Shown in pieces: positions 60,991 to 64,000 of a DNA stretch of 64,000 nucleotides (its first letter is position 1; each line of letters opens with the position of its first letter). The DNA is taken from NCBI GenBank assembly GCA_963693055.1, contig OY843751.1, positions 1,280,001-1,344,000 on the forward strand, given 5' to 3'. Below the pieces are notes generated by a model that saw only the letters and a program-made list of their open reading frames with translations, ran no database searches and was not told where the DNA came from. This DNA is from a bacterium (GTDB lineage Bacteria > Zhuqueibacterota > Zhuqueibacteria > Residuimicrobiales > Krinioviventaceae). The translations under genes were made by a program, and so were the position numbers.

Positions 60991-63900
60991 ATGAAAAAAA
61001 TATATTCTATTCTGTTAATAGTTATTTTTCTTACAACAGGCCTTTATGCCGACGGCACCCAGCCGCCGGGTTCCGGCACATCTGATGTTCCTTATGAGGT
61101 ATCCACTCTGAACCATTTATTATGGATCAGTACCAATTCCGGTTCGTGGAGTGCCTGCTTTGAACAGACAGCAGATATCAATGCCTCAGCAACAGCCACC
61201 TGGAACAGTGACGGAGAAGGCGGTTATGAAGGCTTCTCCCCGATTGGGAAAATTCTTGACTATTTTGAAGGCTCATACGATGGTCAGGGATACGCAATAG
61301 AGGGTCTGTATATTAACCGGACCAGTGATTATGTTGGATTGTTTGGGGCTATTGAAGGTGGCTCTGTCGAAAACCTAATCCTGAAAAACGTAAATATTAC
61401 CGCAGAAGCGATGGTCGGCGGACTGGCTGGATACACTGTAGATGCAGTATTTACAAATTGCTCCGTCTCAGGGTCGGTTTCATGTATCAATTCGTATGTA
61501 GGTGGACTGATCGGAGACATAACGCTTTCGACCCAGATTAACGAATGCCGGTCATTATGCAGCGTTTCCGGTACCTTCAATGTAGGCGGGTTGGTTGGAT
61601 GTACTTATAACTCTACGGTTATTAAAAATAGTTACGCCCGGGGCAGTGTTGACGGTACTCTCAGCAGTGTTGGTGGACTGCTTGGATATAATTCGTATGG
61701 CTGCCAGGTTAACAATTGTTACGCCACAGGCAGCGTTTCCGGTGACAGCCAATATGGTGGCCTGGTGGGCGAAAATAATGGAACTGTGAGCAATAGTTTT
61801 TACGATCAGGAAACCACCGGGCAGGACGATACGGGCAAGGGCACACCGAAAACCACTGAGGAAATGAAAACACTTTATACCTTTACAAATGCTGGTTGGG
61901 ATTTTGATAACGAGACAACTAACGGAACAGATGATGTCTGGGATATCGATTATATCAACTCATCAAATATCGGTTACCCCTATCTGAGTTGGCAGGATGG
62001 CGCCACAGTCGCCCAGCCTTCAGGCCCTGACGGAAGCGGTACATCCAACGATCCTTACCAGATCAGTAACCTGACAGATCTCTGTTGGTTAAGCCAGAAC
62101 CCGTCAAGCTGGGACAAATATTTTATCCAGATTAATGATATTGATGCTTCCAGTACGAGTTCCTGGAGTGGAGGTTTTGGATTCTCCCCTATTGGGAACA
62201 ATAATGACTATTTTGAAGGCTCATACGATGGCCAGGGATACGCAATAGAAGGTTTGTATATTAACCGGTCCAGTAGTTATGTTGGATTGTTTGGGGATAT
62301 GATGGGTACAGGACCTGTAAAAAACCTGATCATGAGAAACGTAAATATTACCGGAGACACGTTTGTCGGCGGACTGGTTGGGCAACAAAATTACAAAGTT
62401 ATTACGAATTGTTCCGTTACAGGGTCGGTTTCAGGTGCCGGGTATGTAGGTGGAGTGGTTGGGCTCGAGCAGTATTCCGCCGAGGTTAACGAATGCCGGT
62501 CTTTATGCAGCGTATCCGGTACCTTCTATGTAGGCAGTCTGGTTGGAGGTGCTCGTTTCTCTGCGGTTATTAACAATAGTTACGCCCGGGGCAGTGTTGA
62601 CGGTACTAACAGCTATATTGGTGGACTGCTTGGAGGGAATGCTGATGGCTGCCAGGTTAACAATTGTTACGCCACAGGCAGCGTTTCCGGTGACAGCCAA
62701 GTTGGCGGCCTGGTGGGCGAAAATGAGGGAACGGTGAGCAATAGTTTTTATGACCAAATAACAACCGGGCAGGACGATACGGGTAAAGGCAGTCCCAAGA
62801 CAACAGCAGAAATGAAAGATTATACAACATTTATCAACGCCGGGTGGGACTATGTGGCGGAAACTGTTAATGGTTCAGATGATGATTGGGACCAGGACTG
62901 TTCTGAAAGTATTAATAACGGTTACCCCTACCTGAGCTGGCAGGACGGCGCTTCAGTTTCCCTCGCTGTTTTGTCAATTGTACCCTCGGCCGGGGATGGT
63001 TCCAGCGGTGATCCGTACCAAATTGCCACTATAAATAACCTGTACTGGCTTTCTCAAAACAGCGATCAATGGGGACAAAATTATATCCAGGTAGCTAACA
63101 TTGACGCGTCCGTTACCGGCAGCCTGGACAGCGGATCAGGTTTCTCAAGTATTGGCTCAGATGTAATAAACTTTAGCGGTACGTATGATGGTCAGGGGTA
63201 CAACATTGATAATTTATATATTAACCGGTCGGCCTCTAGTTTTATCGGTCTTTTCGGATATACAAACGGCGCCGGGATCAGCAATATTGCCCTGACCGGT
63301 GCAAACATAACCGGCGACCAGTATGTGGGTGGAATAGCCGGGGTAAGCTCTTCAGGCCAAATTGTCCAATGTTATACCAAAGGCAGTATCTCTGGTAATT
63401 ATAATGTGGGTGGTGTTAGCGGTTGTAATAACAATACTACAATACGCAACTGCTATTCCACGGCAGATATCTCCGGCACCACCAACACTGGTGGCCTGAC
63501 AGGACTAAATGGTGTCACATCAACCATTGATAAATGTTACGCCCGGGGCAGCGTCTCCGGTACCACCAACACCGGCGGACTGGTAGGGGCCAATTCCGCC
63601 ACCGTGAGCAATAGTTTTTTTGACAGCGAAACCACCGGACAAAGCGATAATAGCGGCAAAGGAGTTCCCAAATCCACGCAAGCCATGCAGACATTCAGCA
63701 CTTTTTTCGATGCCGGGTGGGACCTTGAGGTTGAGACAGGTAACGGCAATAATGATATCTGGGACATGGACCATACCGGCAGCTTTGGTGGCTGTTATCC
63801 TTATCTCAGTTGGCAGGATGCTTCAGATGTATCTATTCCGGCAAAACCGGCAGACGGTGATGGTTCCAGCGGTGCCCCGTACCAGATCGCAACCCTGAGT

Positions 63901-64000
63901 GATTTGGCCTGGATCAGTCTGTTCGCCAACAAATGGGGCCTGCACTTTATTCAAACCGCGAATATCGATGCGTCTACAACCGGCACCTGGTTTAACGGCT
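60991..64000 (+). CDS. Second GLUG-repeat secreted protein, 3'-truncated by window (absent from the ORF track)
   Basis: GAGAGG RBS; MKKIYSILLIVIFLTTGLYADGTQPPGSG..., collinear with the upstream paralog. Confidence 0.85.
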   Translation, partial: MKKIYSILLIVIFLTTGLYADGTQPPGSGTSDVPYEVSTLNHLLWISTNSGSWSACFEQTADINASATATWNSDGEGGYEGFSPIGKILDYFEGSYDGQGYAIEGLYINRTSDYVGLFGAIEGGSVENLILKNVNITAEAMVGGLAGYTVDAVFTNCSVSGSVSCINSYVGGLIGDITLSTQINECRSLCSVSGTFNVGGLVGCTYNSTVIKNSYARGSVDGTLSSVGGLLGYNSYGCQVNNCYATGSVSGDSQYGGLVGENNGTVSNSFYDQETTGQDDTGKGTPKTTEEMKTLYTFTNAGWDFDNETTNGTDDVWDIDYINSSNIGYPYLSWQDGATVAQPSGPDGSGTSNDPYQISNLTDLCWLSQNPSSWDKYFIQINDIDASSTSSWSGGFGFSPIGNNNDYFEGSYDGQGYAIEGLYINRSSSYVGLFGDMMGTGPVKNLIMRNVNITGDTFVGGLVGQQNYKVITNCSVTGSVSGAGYVGGVVGLEQYSAEVNECRSLCSVSGTFYVGSLVGGARFSAVINNSYARGSVDGTNSYIGGLLGGNADGCQVNNCYATGSVSGDSQVGGLVGENEGTVSNSFYDQITTGQDDTGKGSPKTTAEMKDYTTFINAGWDYVAETVNGSDDDWDQDCSESINNGYPYLSWQDGASVSLAVLSIVPSAGDGSSGDPYQIATINNLYWLSQNSDQWGQNYIQVANIDASVTGSLDSGSGFSSIGSDVINFSGTYDGQGYNIDNLYINRSASSFIGLFGYTNGAGISNIALTGANITGDQYVGGIAGVSSSGQIVQCYTKGSISGNYNVGGVSGCNNNTTIRNCYSTADISGTTNTGGLTGLNGVTSTIDKCYARGSVSGTTNTGGLVGANSATVSNSFFDSETTGQSDNSGKGVPKSTQAMQTFSTFFDAGWDLEVETGNGNNDIWDMDHTGSFGGCYPYLSWQDASDVSIPAKPADGDGSSGAPYQIATLSDLAWISLFANKWGLHFIQTANIDASTTGTWFNG
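61261..62800 (+). repeat. Intragenic direct repeat, period 948 bp
   Basis: TATTTTGAAGGCTCATACGATGG at 61261 and 62209; TTATGCAGCGT at 61555 and 62503. Confidence 0.85.

Noticed and set aside
61261-62800. Diversity-generating retroelement TR/VR pair
   Set aside because: The differences are not adenine-specific, both copies are coding in the same ORF, and no reverse transcriptase is in the window.

Overview
Bacterial chromosomal window. The C-terminal sorting-type tail (YPNPFNPSTTIRY) and the gene repertoire suggest an FCB-group organism such as KSB1 or Calditrichota; this is inference. Core genes: amidase (partial), NUDIX hydrolase, pcm, PspC/LiaF-like proteins, MscS, a minus-strand glycan-utilisation block (DUF1080, lactonase, GH92, GH140-like), rex-serC-serA with two Rex boxes, polA followed by an anti-sigma kinase/STAS/MlaEFD/PqiC-like operon, a hybrid kinase, a TetR-TolC-HlyD-ABC efflux operon and mutM. 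There are three accessory zones. (1) 22.7-26.2 kb: three unrelated toxin-antitoxin pairs in tandem. Each is followed by a near-identical 48-bp double-hairpin REP-like repeat and interleaved with a second long-hairpin repeat, giving a cassette-array architecture. This is the most striking structure in the window. (2) 47.1-51.1 kb: an AT-rich island with a 3-TM protein and a caspase-family gene split by an IS481 element (7-bp TSD), a cluster of REP-like hairpins and an orphan HigA. (3) 52-64 kb: a two-component system, an IS4 element (9-bp TSD) in the downstream promoter region, and two tandem GLUG-repeat secreted proteins. The second has a 948-bp-period internal repeat in which amino-acid changes outnumber silent ones. 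No rRNA, complete tRNA or CRISPR array was seen.
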